Of a DNA stretch of 64,000 bases, positions 49,674 to 58,583 are shown piece after piece. The first letter of the stretch is position 1, and each line of letters opens with the position of its first letter. The stretch comes from Eisenibacter elegans DSM 3317 (GTDB lineage Bacteria > Bacteroidota > Bacteroidia > Cytophagales > Microscillaceae): the NCBI RefSeq assembly GCF_000430505.1, contig NZ_AUMD01000021.1, positions 64,001 through 128,000 on the forward strand, read 5' to 3'. The notes below the pieces were generated by a model, which worked only from the letters and a program-made list of their open reading frames with translations, was not told where the DNA came from and did not search any database. The position numbers and the translations under genes were made by a program.

Positions 49674-51254
49674 ATGATAGTATATATAACCCTCACTGCC
49701 CTCATTTCTATCGTGATAGGAATCGCGATAGACCGCAGCTTGCTCAAGAAAGTACTCAAACGCAAAGAGCAAGAAGCCGAAGCCAAAGGCCAACAGTTAA
49801 TCGAACAGGCAAAAATGCAAGCCAAAAGCATTGTGCAAGATGGCGAAAACCAAAAGAAAGACCGCCTGCTCGAAGCCAAGGAGAAGTTTCTGAAACTCAA
49901 GGCCGAGTTTGAAGAAGAAGCCAACCGCAAGAAAAACCAAATCATCGGCAACGAAAACAAGCTCAAACAACGGGAGCAAAACCTCACCAAGCTGATGGAA
50001 CAGACCAAACGCCGCGAGGCGGAGCTGAATGCCCTCAAAGAAAGCTTGCAAGAGCAAGCCGATTTGGTCAATAAGAAAAAAGAAGAGGCCGAACGCTTGC
50101 GACTCTCGCAAGTAAAACAACTGGAGAAAATAGCGCATCTCAGCGCCGAAGAAGCCAAACAACAACTGATGGAGGCGCTGCGACAAGAGGCCGAAACACA
50201 AGCCGCCTCCGATATCAAAAACGCGCTGGAAGAAGCACGCCTGACTGCCACCAAGGAAGCAAAAAAGGTCGTCATTCAAACAATCCAACGCACGGCTGCC
50301 GAACACGCCATCGAAAACTGTGTGTCGATTTTCCATATCGATAGCGATGATGTAAAAGGTAAAATCATTGGCCGCGAGGGGCGTAACATCCGTGCGCTCG
50401 AAGCCGCCACCGGAGTAGAAATCATTGTGGATGACACCCCCGAAGCCATCATTATTTCAGGCTTTGACCCTGTGCGCCGAGAGGTTGCCCGCCAAGCCCT
50501 ACAAGGCCTCGTTACCGATGGGCGTATTCACCCTGCCCGCATCGAAGAGGTAGTGGCCAAAACACAGAAAAGCATCGAAGAGCAAATCTTAGAACTTGGA
50601 GAGCGTACGGTGATCGACCTAGGCATTCACGGCCTACACATCGAGCTCATCAAGCTCGTTGGGCGGATGCGCTTCCGTTCTTCGTATGGCCAAAACCTAC
50701 TCCAACACTCTCGCGAGGTAGCCAAGCTTTGCGCAGTGATGGCTTCGGAGCTAGGGCTAAACGCAAAACTGGCCAAACGTGCCGGCCTCTTACACGATAT
50801 CGGCAAGGTATACCAAGACGAAACCGATCTCCCACACGCCATCCTTGGGATGGAGCTGGCCAAAAAGTATAAAGAACACCCAGAGGTGTGTAATGCTATT
50901 GGTGCTCACCACGACGAAATCGAAATGACTTCGCTCATCTCGCCCATCGTACAGGCCTGTGATGCTATCTCCGGCTCACGCCCGGGCGCTCGACGCGAGG
51001 TGATGGAGTCATACATCAAACGCCTACACGACCTAGAAGCGCTGGCGCTCTCCTTCAATGGGGTTACAAAATGTTATGCCATTCAAGCCGGACGAGAGCT
51101 GCGTGTCATTGTAGATGCCGACCACGTATCGGATGAGCAAGCGAGCATGCTGTCTTTTGAAATCTCTAAGAAAATCGAAACGGAAATGCAGTACCCGGGT
51201 CAAGTAAAAGTAACGGTCATCCGCGAAATGCGCGCCGTGAGTTATGCCAAATAG
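49674..51254 (+). CDS. rny: Ribonuclease Y.
   Basis: It has an N-terminal TM helix, a coiled coil, a KH domain ([15 protein letters not shown]) and an HD domain (LLHDIGK). Length is 526 aa. Confidence 0.9.
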   Translation: MIVYITLTALISIVIGIAIDRSLLKKVLKRKEQEAEAKGQQLIEQAKMQAKSIVQDGENQKKDRLLEAKEKFLKLKAEFEEEANRKKNQIIGNENKLKQREQNLTKLMEQTKRREAELNALKESLQEQADLVNKKKEEAERLRLSQVKQLEKIAHLSAEEAKQQLMEALRQEAETQAASDIKNALEEARLTATKEAKKVVIQTIQRTAAEHAIENCVSIFHIDSDDVKGKIIGREGRNIRALEAATGVEIIVDDTPEAIIISGFDPVRREVARQALQGLVTDGRIHPARIEEVVAKTQKSIEEQILELGERTVIDLGIHGLHIELIKLVGRMRFRSSYGQNLLQHSREVAKLCAVMASELGLNAKLAKRAGLLHDIGKVYQDETDLPHAILGMELAKKYKEHPEVCNAIGAHHDEIEMTSLISPIVQACDAISGSRPGARREVMESYIKRLHDLEALALSFNGVTKCYAIQAGRELRVIVDADHVSDEQASMLSFEISKKIETEMQYPGQVKVTVIREMRAVSYAK

Positions 51255-51294
51255 TGGCTCAAGAGATAATCTACTTCTTGGGTAAAAAAACAAA

Positions 51295-51330
51295 CCCGTT
51301 TGGGAAACAATGTTTCCAGACGGGTTTTAT
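51295..51330 (+). terminator. Rho-independent terminator after rny.
   Basis: The hairpin is cccgtttgggaaaca a tgtttccagacggg followed by ttttattgtttgg. Confidence 0.65.
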
Positions 51331-51425
51331 TGTTTGGAAGAGCATTCAGAAAAACTACCCAAAGTAGCCTAAGAGGGGTGTCTTTGTGCGGATATCGCCA
51401 TTGTACTGCTTCGGGAATGGGCAAG

Positions 51426-51496
51426 TTATACCAAGATTCACAAGATTTGGAAATTTACAGGAGCTGATTTCCCAAACCAATTGTAGTCGGGTATAT
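51426..51496 (-). repeat. Family-A intergenic repeat, short copy in reverse orientation.
   Basis: The sequence is ttataccaagattcacaagatttgg...gatttcccaaaccaattgtagtcgggtatat. The central palindrome is missing. Confidence 0.6.
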
Positions 51497-51510
51497 TTAT
51501 TGAAAAGCTA

Positions 51511-51613
51511 CACACCACTGGACATTTTCAAATCCCACAGTTAAAACTGTGGGTTAAGTCTCATTGTACCCCAAAATGAAACCTCAGCTTTTCCAAAAAT
51601 GCCCAGTGGTGTG
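51511..51613 (-). mobile_element. Family-B MITE-like element, copy 2 (103 bp), with TIRs and a putative 9-bp target-site duplication.
   Basis: The left end cacaccactggacatt and the right end (reverse complement) cacaccactgggcatt match at 15 of 16 positions. The flanks gaaaagcta (51502-51510) and gaaaggcta (51614-51622) look like a target-site duplication. The interior carries cccacagttaaaactgtggg in the opposite order to copy 1. Confidence 0.6.
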
Positions 51614-51619
51614 GAAAGG

Positions 51620-52708
51620 CTACATTTTTTCGTAAATGGCGCGAATATCTTCTCTTTTGAGTTTCTGTTCCCAATCGAGACCGATGGCGTGATTCCACAT
51701 ATGTTTGAGTGCCCAGGTTACGTCAATCATCTGTTCGATTTGGGCATCTGTCCAGTCTTTGGCAAGATTTTGAGGGATGTGGATATTATTTTTGGCCACC
51801 ATCTGGTTAAACTCTTCGACTCCCTGAGGGTAGTAGTCGCCAAGGTGGGGGAAGATGATGCAGTTGGCGATGCAGTGGCGCGTTCCGAATACAAAAGACA
51901 GCCCATAAGAAAGAGCGTGGCACACACCCACCTCTGAGTAGGTCAGGCTAAGTCCGCCCATATATGAGGCGACCATCAGTTTTTCGTTGTTGATTGGTGT
52001 TTGGCCAAAGCCATCGCGGAGATATACATCTTGGCAGAGGTCGATAGACTTATAGCCGTAGGCTTCGCTAAAGGTGTTTTTGTAGTGTCCGTTCATTGAT
52101 TCTACACAGTGGATATAGGTATCCATTCCGGTATAGAACCATTGGTTTCGGGGGACATCGGCGATGAGCTCGGGGTCAAGCACGATTTGGTCAAACACCG
52201 TCCAGTCGCATTTGAGGCCGAGTTTTTTCTCAGGCCCAGTCAGTACGGCAGTCATCGATACCTCTGCGCCAGTACCCGAGATAGTGGGTACACCTACGTG
52301 GTATACGCCTGGTTTTTGGATAAGATTTAGCCCTTGGTATTTGGTAGAGGAGCCTTCGTTGGTGAGCATCAGGGCAACAGCCTTGGCGATGTCCATCACG
52401 CTACCGCCACCAATTCCGATTACGCCGGCGGGCAAGCCCTTGGTCTGTAGGATATGGTCGCGGAGCTGGTCTACTTGCTCAGTGGTAGGCTCGTGGTCGT
52501 CTACATCCACAAACAGGAGCATGTCGTGGGCGTGGGCGGGCACGCGCTGCGCGAGAGGCTTGTCTTTGAAGTAGTTGTCTACCAAGAAAATCATTGGGGC
52601 TTCGGGTGTAGGGCGTTTGGCAGCCAAGATATCGTCGAGTTGGTTGAAGCTACCGGCTCCGAAGACGGTCTTATCAACGCTTTTAAAATTTTTCCAAGTA
52701 TTTGTCAT
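51620..52708 (-). CDS. Iron-containing (group III) alcohol dehydrogenase family protein, KdnB-like.
   Basis: It has GIGGGSVMDIAKAVA (GGGSxxDxAK) and CHALSYGLSFVFGTRHCIANCIIFPHL, matching the Fe-ADH metal-site region. Length is 362 aa. Confidence 0.8.
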   Translation of the reverse strand: MTNTWKNFKSVDKTVFGAGSFNQLDDILAAKRPTPEAPMIFLVDNYFKDKPLAQRVPAHAHDMLLFVDVDDHEPTTEQVDQLRDHILQTKGLPAGVIGIGGGSVMDIAKAVALMLTNEGSSTKYQGLNLIQKPGVYHVGVPTISGTGAEVSMTAVLTGPEKKLGLKCDWTVFDQIVLDPELIADVPRNQWFYTGMDTYIHCVESMNGHYKNTFSEAYGYKSIDLCQDVYLRDGFGQTPINNEKLMVASYMGGLSLTYSEVGVCHALSYGLSFVFGTRHCIANCIIFPHLGDYYPQGVEEFNQMVAKNNIHIPQNLAKDWTDAQIEQMIDVTWALKHMWNHAIGLDWEQKLKREDIRAIYEKM

Positions 52709-52776
52709 ATTGTGTGTGGAAGCGTTTGGGTGGTAAGGAGTATAAACGTTGGGGGGCTACACAGGCGTAAGCGGCT

Positions 52777-52855
52777 TAGTGATGCGCCAGCAGTACCCCG
52801 CAGCGAAGCGAGGAGTACAGCGGCGCAGCACGACCCCGAAGGGGGAAGCCCCAAA
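52777..52855 (-). repeat. Family-C conserved intergenic element, copy 1.
   Basis: The sequence cagcagtaccccgcagcgaagcgaggagtacagcggcgcagcacgaccccgaagggggaagccccaaa is about 80% identical to 58365-58436. On the minus strand it forms a C(UUCG)G-type GC hairpin. Confidence 0.5.
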
Positions 52856-52895
52856 CCTAGGGTCTCCCTCCGGCAGTGAGGTTTTAAACAAGTGC

Positions 52896-54098
52896 TTAGG
52901 CCAAGGCTTCGCGCAAGACAGCGGTGAGCTGTTGGGTAAAGGCTTTCAGCTCGTCTTCGGTCCAAGTAACGCGCACGACCATAGAGAGCAAACGGCGCAT
53001 GACCTCATCTGTTTTGGGGAGATTGAGGTGGATGGTGCGGTAGTCTTGTGGCAGCTCATCGAGGGTTTGGGCGTGTACTTTGGCGATGGTTTTCATCTCG
53101 CGGAGGTGCTCCCAGTTTTTGATGTAGTGGAAGTTGTTGTCATACCAATATTGCACTCCGATACTGGCCTTTTGGAAGGCTTGTTGTACTTTGCGGGTGG
53201 TGGCTTCGTCGGGCAAGAAGAAGTCGATAAAGGTAGCGGCATCACCGGCAGGGTCGGGGATGTGTCGGAAGCTGATTTGGGGGAACTGTGCCAGACAGTC
53301 GTGCAGTATTTTTTTGTGTTTGCGTTGCTGTTCGATGATGTAGGGCAGCTTTCGGGCTTGGGCTAGGCCTACGGCGGCGTTGAGCTCGCCCATGCGGTAG
53401 TTGAACCCTACGATGGGGTGTTGCTCGGCGCCACGGTTGTCGCCGATGTGGTCGTGGCCGTGGTCAGAGTATTGGTGGGCATAATCGTATAAGACGGGGT
53501 CGTTGGTGATGACCGCTCCACCTTCGCCGGCAGTGATGATCTTGAAGAAATCAAAAGAGAAGCAGCCCATTTTGCCAAACAAGCCTACGTGTTTGCCCTT
53601 GTAGGTAGCGCCCAGAGCCTGAGCCGAATCTTCGATGAGCAGGAGGTTGTGCTCTTCACAGATGGCCATAATCTCATCGAGGCGTGCCATAGAGCCACAC
53701 ATATGCACCAGCACGACGGCCTTGGTGCGTGGGGTAAGGGCGGCACGGATGCCTTCGGGGCTGAGGCAGAGGGTCTCGTCGATTTCGGCAAACACAGGGA
53801 CTGCCCCGCCGAGGAGTGCGCCTTCTACCGTGGCGATGTAAGTGAAGGGCGGGACAATAACCTCGTCGCCGGCACCAATACCACAGCAAGCCATTGCAAT
53901 GGCTACGGCAGTAGAGCCGCTGGTGCAGGTATGGGCGTATTTGGCTCCCGTAAATTTGGCCAGCTCAGCCTCAAATTCTTTGGCCTTCCAATGGCCGTTG
54001 CGGAGGTTGTCGTGGTTGTATCGGAAAAGAATGCCCGTTTCGAGCACATCGTTTACTTCTTTACGCTCTTCAGCGCCGAATAATTCTGAACCCGGCAT
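52896..54098 (-). CDS. DegT/DnrJ/EryC1/StrS-family PLP-dependent aminotransferase, KdnA-like.
   Basis: It is a 400-aa fold-type I aminotransferase of the sugar-aminotransferase class, with an active-site Lys region (FSFDFFKIITAGEGGAV) and an N-terminal E.EAV.EVL-type motif. Confidence 0.8.
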   Translation of the reverse strand: MPGSELFGAEERKEVNDVLETGILFRYNHDNLRNGHWKAKEFEAELAKFTGAKYAHTCTSGSTAVAIAMACCGIGAGDEVIVPPFTYIATVEGALLGGAVPVFAEIDETLCLSPEGIRAALTPRTKAVVLVHMCGSMARLDEIMAICEEHNLLLIEDSAQALGATYKGKHVGLFGKMGCFSFDFFKIITAGEGGAVITNDPVLYDYAHQYSDHGHDHIGDNRGAEQHPIVGFNYRMGELNAAVGLAQARKLPYIIEQQRKHKKILHDCLAQFPQISFRHIPDPAGDAATFIDFFLPDEATTRKVQQAFQKASIGVQYWYDNNFHYIKNWEHLREMKTIAKVHAQTLDELPQDYRTIHLNLPKTDEVMRRLLSMVVRVTWTEDELKAFTQQLTAVLREALA

Positions 54099-54329
54099 AA
54101 TCTCATTTTTTAGGTGAATGAATTGACTAGTCCTACAAAATTACGCAGCCAACTAGGATTTTGACGAATGCCGGCTGATTTTTTATTGCCAATACCAAGC
54201 CTCACGTGCTTTGGCTGACATCAACAGCAGAAAATTCAGATAAGCAACAAAAAAACAGCAGAACATTCCTCAACTCCAAAGCTTTCTTGTAAATTAGCCA
54301 CTAGCTCTGATGACTAAACGCATTCACCT

Positions 54330-56825
54330 ATGACTCCTGAACAGGCTCGTCAGCTTGAAATATTACAAGCCCGTATTAATAACCTACAAGCTACTTTGGG
54401 GCGCATCCAACAACAAGTGGTCTTGCTACAGAATGATATGACGCTATTGCGGCGCGATATTATAAATCGTCAAGCGCCCCTTGAGCCTAGTAAGCCTCAA
54501 GCCTTTGCTTCCGAGCTTGATGCCCAACCGACGGCTTTTGAGATGGCCTCGAAGCGAGTAGAGGCATTAAAGCAAACCGAGGAAAGGGTTGAGACTCCAA
54601 TAGCCCCCCCCAAAGAAGACACACAAGCACCGCCGCCCCAAGACTTCGCCCCCTCTCCAACGACCCAAGATTGGGAGAATTATCTTGGAGGTAATATTTT
54701 GGGCAAAATCGGGATGTTTTTACTCCTCATTGGGATGGGCACGCTCATCAGTTATGCCGTTACCAACAACCTCATCTCTCCGATGATGCGCGTGGCCTTG
54801 TCTTATGTGGCCGGTATGGTGTTGGTAGGAGTAGCCTACAGGCTCGAAAAAAACTACTCCAATTATGCTGCTTTGCTCTTGGGGGGGGGATGTTCGTTGT
54901 TGTATTTCACAACCTATCTAGGCTATAGTTTTGAAATATTGACCCTGCCCCCAGGGGTGATTTTTGCGATGCTGGTACTTGTTTCGGTCTTTGCTACCGG
55001 TGCAGCTATACGGATGAATCACGAGTTGGTAGCCCTTTTGGGGATTGTTGGAGCTTATGTAGTGCCTATTTTGTTGGGCAATTCGGCCAACCAAGGAATG
55101 CATTTGTTTTTCGGGTATATGGCCTTGCTCAATGGGGCGGTACTGTGGTTGGCTCTGTATAAACGATGGCAAGTATTGAGCTATTTTGCCTTTCTATTTA
55201 CTTGGGGTGCATTTCTGATATGGTATACCACTGCTAACCAAAACGACTGGTATACGGCTGCGGTCTTTTCGACCGTGTTTTTCTTGCTTTTTTATGGTGT
55301 TTGGGTGTCTCAGGCCTGGCAAGCCCCCAAGGAGGAATCACAACGCTTCTGGGTGTTGCTCAATGCAGGGCTGTATTTTGCCCTTGGCCTGACGATATTC
55401 TCGACAAACTATGCAGATACGACCTCAGTATGGTCAGACCAGTGGTTGATTGTCTTGGTGGCTTGGTTATGGGATGTTTCGGATGTTTACAGAGGACTTT
55501 TTGCCCTTGCCAATGGGCTGATGCATACGGCGGTGCTCGCGGTGCTGTGGTTTCGTCAGTATCAAAATGACCAAACCGGCACTCATCGTGAGCTGAACAA
55601 AACGATTTTCTTGCTGGCTTTCAGCGGCATTACGGTAGCTATTCCCTTGCTCTTCCAAGGGAGGATAACGGCGATATTCTGGGCCATCGAGTCTTGCGCC
55701 CTGTTGGTGTTGGCGGGCAGGGGGCTTTCACCACTGTTTCGTATTGCGGCTAACTTTGCCTTGCTGATTGCCTTGTTGTCTACACTCTTCAATTGGTTAG
55801 AATATACCGACAATACCTTGCTGCGCCCTGTTTTCAACAGTGTTTTTGTGAGCAGTGTTTTTGTTGTGGCAGTTTTGGGCTTTTGGGTATATTGGCTTAA
55901 TAGACCCGAAATGGAAGAAAATACCAGCCATATCTCTAGATCGCTACTGCTGTTGACACTCCTCCTTACAGTCTATGTATTGGGCTTATTAGAATGGCAC
56001 AACAGCCTCTATTGGGTGGCTAAATATGGCGTTCAAGGGTATGAAAATGCCGTATTTTGGTCGTATTATTGGCTCTTGGGCGCTACAATATATACAGCCC
56101 TGTTCTTGACAATGATGCTCTTGATAGGAATGAACCACCTACAGGCAGACTTTACGCAGTGGGCGATACAATTGAGCAGCATAGTGTTGCCGATAGGTGG
56201 AGTGCTGGGCGTGATTACTACCCAAAATCTGCTCAATAGCTACTATGAAGCTATGGTGCTAGACAAGGAACTTTTGCCCGGGCTGCTTTTCGCCCGGATA
56301 GGATTTTATGCGGCCTACTTGCTGCTGATAGCGGCAGCGCTGCGCCTGACTCAGAAGCAGTGGCCTTTATTCAAATCCTCACACAATACCCTAGTCTTCC
56401 TCACACACGTATGGGTGTTGTGTTTCCTGAGCTGTGAGGTACGGGCTTTGGCCTATGCCCAAATTATACAAAGCCCTATCAATAGCCTCAAAATGCTCTA
56501 CAGCAAGCTTGAGTTTGTATATGGCACAGGTTATACTATCCTTTGGGGTGCTTATGCGGTAGGCTTGATGACCTTCGGTATCTGGAGCCGCCAGCGTACC
56601 CTGCGCCTGACTGGAATGGCCTTTGTAGGCTTGGTGCTGCTCAAAATCTTTACGGTCGATATTATCCGGATGGAGACACTGGCGCGCATCATTACTTTCT
56701 TGATATTATCGGTTTTGTTCTTGGTTACGGCCTTCTTGTACCAAAAATACAAAGAGGTGATTCTGGCTACTGATGAACCGGAGGATGCCCCCAACAATCC
56801 TACAGAAACAACAGATTCCTTTTAG
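54330..56825 (+). CDS. Large polytopic membrane protein (DUF2339-like) with an N-terminal coiled coil.
   Basis: This 831-aa protein has an N-terminal coiled coil (QARQLEILQARINNLQATLGRIQQQV), a Pro-rich linker, then more than 20 predicted TM helices. Confidence 0.5.
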   Translation: MTPEQARQLEILQARINNLQATLGRIQQQVVLLQNDMTLLRRDIINRQAPLEPSKPQAFASELDAQPTAFEMASKRVEALKQTEERVETPIAPPKEDTQAPPPQDFAPSPTTQDWENYLGGNILGKIGMFLLLIGMGTLISYAVTNNLISPMMRVALSYVAGMVLVGVAYRLEKNYSNYAALLLGGGCSLLYFTTYLGYSFEILTLPPGVIFAMLVLVSVFATGAAIRMNHELVALLGIVGAYVVPILLGNSANQGMHLFFGYMALLNGAVLWLALYKRWQVLSYFAFLFTWGAFLIWYTTANQNDWYTAAVFSTVFFLLFYGVWVSQAWQAPKEESQRFWVLLNAGLYFALGLTIFSTNYADTTSVWSDQWLIVLVAWLWDVSDVYRGLFALANGLMHTAVLAVLWFRQYQNDQTGTHRELNKTIFLLAFSGITVAIPLLFQGRITAIFWAIESCALLVLAGRGLSPLFRIAANFALLIALLSTLFNWLEYTDNTLLRPVFNSVFVSSVFVVAVLGFWVYWLNRPEMEENTSHISRSLLLLTLLLTVYVLGLLEWHNSLYWVAKYGVQGYENAVFWSYYWLLGATIYTALFLTMMLLIGMNHLQADFTQWAIQLSSIVLPIGGVLGVITTQNLLNSYYEAMVLDKELLPGLLFARIGFYAAYLLLIAAALRLTQKQWPLFKSSHNTLVFLTHVWVLCFLSCEVRALAYAQIIQSPINSLKMLYSKLEFVYGTGYTILWGAYAVGLMTFGIWSRQRTLRLTGMAFVGLVLLKIFTVDIIRMETLARIITFLILSVLFLVTAFLYQKYKEVILATDEPEDAPNNPTETTDSF

Positions 56826-56875
56826 TATCGGCTTGGCGAAGAATCCACTTGGCAATCTCCAAGTGGATTACCGCT

Positions 56876-56960
56876 CACACCACTGGACATTTTTGGAAAA
56901 GTAGCTCGGAGTTCTAGCTCCGAGACAAATTAAGACCTCATTAATCACATAGTTTTGTTT
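56876..56960 (+). mobile_element. Family-B element, partial copy 3 (left TIR plus internal hairpin, no right TIR).
   Basis: The sequence cacaccactggacatttttggaaaagtagctcggagttctagctccgagacaaattaagacctcat aligns to copy 1 at 43460-43525. Confidence 0.5.
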
Positions 56961-56987
56961 GGGGAAAGCCACGCCTGAGGAGCCTAT

Positions 56988-58325
56988 TCAGGGCTGTTTT
57001 TTAAGGGTTTTGGTAATGATTTTGTCATTTAAGAAGCGGTAGCGCACCTTTCCAATGACTAGCCCCTGTTTGGTTTCGAGTGTGTTGAGGTCATACCAGT
57101 CGTTTTCCATTGTATGGAGCGAGCCCTTGGTGCCGTAGGCAATGGCGATATAGTCGGGTTGGATGCCTTGGTCAGCGTCGCAGAGGATGACATGTACTTG
57201 CTGGTTGTGGGTGCGACACACACGGATCAGCTCGGGCAGGAGCTGTATATCGCGGGCGGTAGACTTGCTGTCAGCAATGAAGATGATATTGGCCGCTTCG
57301 GGGTGTTTGCGGGCGGCATAGAGCAGGGCTTCGAGGTCGTTTTCGGGCAAGTCTCCTCCGCTACCGGCTTTGGCGGCGCGTGCCATTGTCTCCACAATGT
57401 CTTGGCTGCTCATCGAGGGGCTGCGGTGTAGCCCTCCTGTTCGGCCAATGACCTTTTCGGCAGCAGACTTGCTGTCGCCATCATTGAAAAATAGCAGCAT
57501 CCGCACGGATTCTCGCGAGGGCTCGTTTTTCCGAAACCATACCAAGAGCTGTGCGCCATAGTGGTACATACTGGCTGTCCAATCGACGACAATTACATTT
57601 TTGGGCCATTGTTGCCAATTGCGGCCTACAGCCTTGAAGACGGTAGAGTCGGGCGTTACATAATCTTGGGCGACGATTTGGTAGATATTTTGAGGCTGGC
57701 GATAGTCCATATTGGGCGCATCTTCTATGGGTAGTAGGCGCTCGGGGATGGGGATAGGATCGTCATAAGTGGTGGTATTGTTCCCACCCCCTCCGTCGTT
57801 GTCGGGTTGGCGGTCGGGCTGTTGGGTGGTCAGGCCTTGGTCGGTGGGGGTTTGGGTATCGGGTAGGGCGGTGAAAAACACCACGATACCGTGAAACATC
57901 GCCTGCGCATCGGGGTAGGTTTGGGCGTAGGTCTGGGCGATGTAACGCCACGGAATGTTGGTGTCAATCAACTGGGGTAGGTATTTGGCTACTTCGTAAA
58001 TGCGGCTGCGGTTTAGCTCGTCGAAGTTGCGCCCCTTGGGGAAATCAGTATAGACGAGATGTACCGAATCTATTTGTTTGTTTTTGAGGGTTTGTAGGTC
58101 TTCGGCACTGACGATGAGGTGATTGTCGAAGGACATCTGCAGCGCACGATGAGGCGTTTGGGCAAAGGTGTAGCGAGTTGTTTGTTGACGTAAGGCTTGT
58201 TGGGCCAGGGTTTCGGCAACAGGGTTCTTTTGCTGGGCGTGGAGCGGCCACACAAGGAGGCTGAGCCACCACAAAAGGCTAAGGCTGCAGAAAGAGGTAT
58301 GCGTGCGTACACTGCTTAGGGACAT
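56988..58325 (-). CDS. Hypothetical secreted protein with a vWA-like domain.
   Basis: It has the signal peptide MSLSSVRTHTSFCSLSLLWWLSLLVWPLHAQ and a VIVVDWTASM...DGDS region consistent with a von Willebrand A / MIDAS-like fold. The ORF extends to 58505. Confidence 0.4.
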   Translation of the reverse strand: MSLSSVRTHTSFCSLSLLWWLSLLVWPLHAQQKNPVAETLAQQALRQQTTRYTFAQTPHRALQMSFDNHLIVSAEDLQTLKNKQIDSVHLVYTDFPKGRNFDELNRSRIYEVAKYLPQLIDTNIPWRYIAQTYAQTYPDAQAMFHGIVVFFTALPDTQTPTDQGLTTQQPDRQPDNDGGGGNNTTTYDDPIPIPERLLPIEDAPNMDYRQPQNIYQIVAQDYVTPDSTVFKAVGRNWQQWPKNVIVVDWTASMYHYGAQLLVWFRKNEPSRESVRMLLFFNDGDSKSAAEKVIGRTGGLHRSPSMSSQDIVETMARAAKAGSGGDLPENDLEALLYAARKHPEAANIIFIADSKSTARDIQLLPELIRVCRTHNQQVHVILCDADQGIQPDYIAIAYGTKGSLHTMENDWYDLNTLETKQGLVIGKVRYRFLNDKIITKTLKKQP

Positions 58326-58364
58326 CTTAGCGCGAGAGCGCAAAGTATGCGGGTGTAGCCCACG

Positions 58365-58436
58365 AGCAGTACCCCACAGCACAAAGTGCGAGGAGTATGG
58401 CCGTCCAACCCGACCCCGAAGGGGGAAGTCCCAAAA
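58365..58436 (-). repeat. Family-C conserved intergenic element, copy 2.
   Basis: The sequence gagcagtaccccacagcacaaagtgcgaggagtatggccgtccaacccgaccccgaagggggaagtcccaaa lies 40 nt upstream of the vWA-like gene start. Confidence 0.5.
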
Positions 58437-58497
58437 AGAAAATCTGGTGTGTGTCATCGGTTTTTTGCTTTCAGTACTTTGTTGCGGTGCGTGTTTT

Positions 58498-58583
58498 ATA
58501 CCCAATCAAAATTGGTTTGGGAGATATATCTGTTGAAAATCCTTGGGAATCAAGAAAATCAAATCTTATGAATTTTGGTATAA
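58498..58583 (+). repeat. Family-A repeat, full copy overlapping the 3' end of murI.
   Basis: The sequence is atacccaatcaaaattggtttgggagatatat...gaaaatccttgggaatcaagaaaatcaaatcttatgaattttggtataa. The last 8 murI codons plus its stop are encoded inside the element. Confidence 0.7.

Noticed and set aside
49628-50336. A minus-strand 215-aa Ser/Cys/Ala-rich ORF and a 179-aa ORF inside rny.
   Set aside because: These are antisense to the Lys/Glu-rich coiled-coil region of RNase Y and are a compositional artefact.
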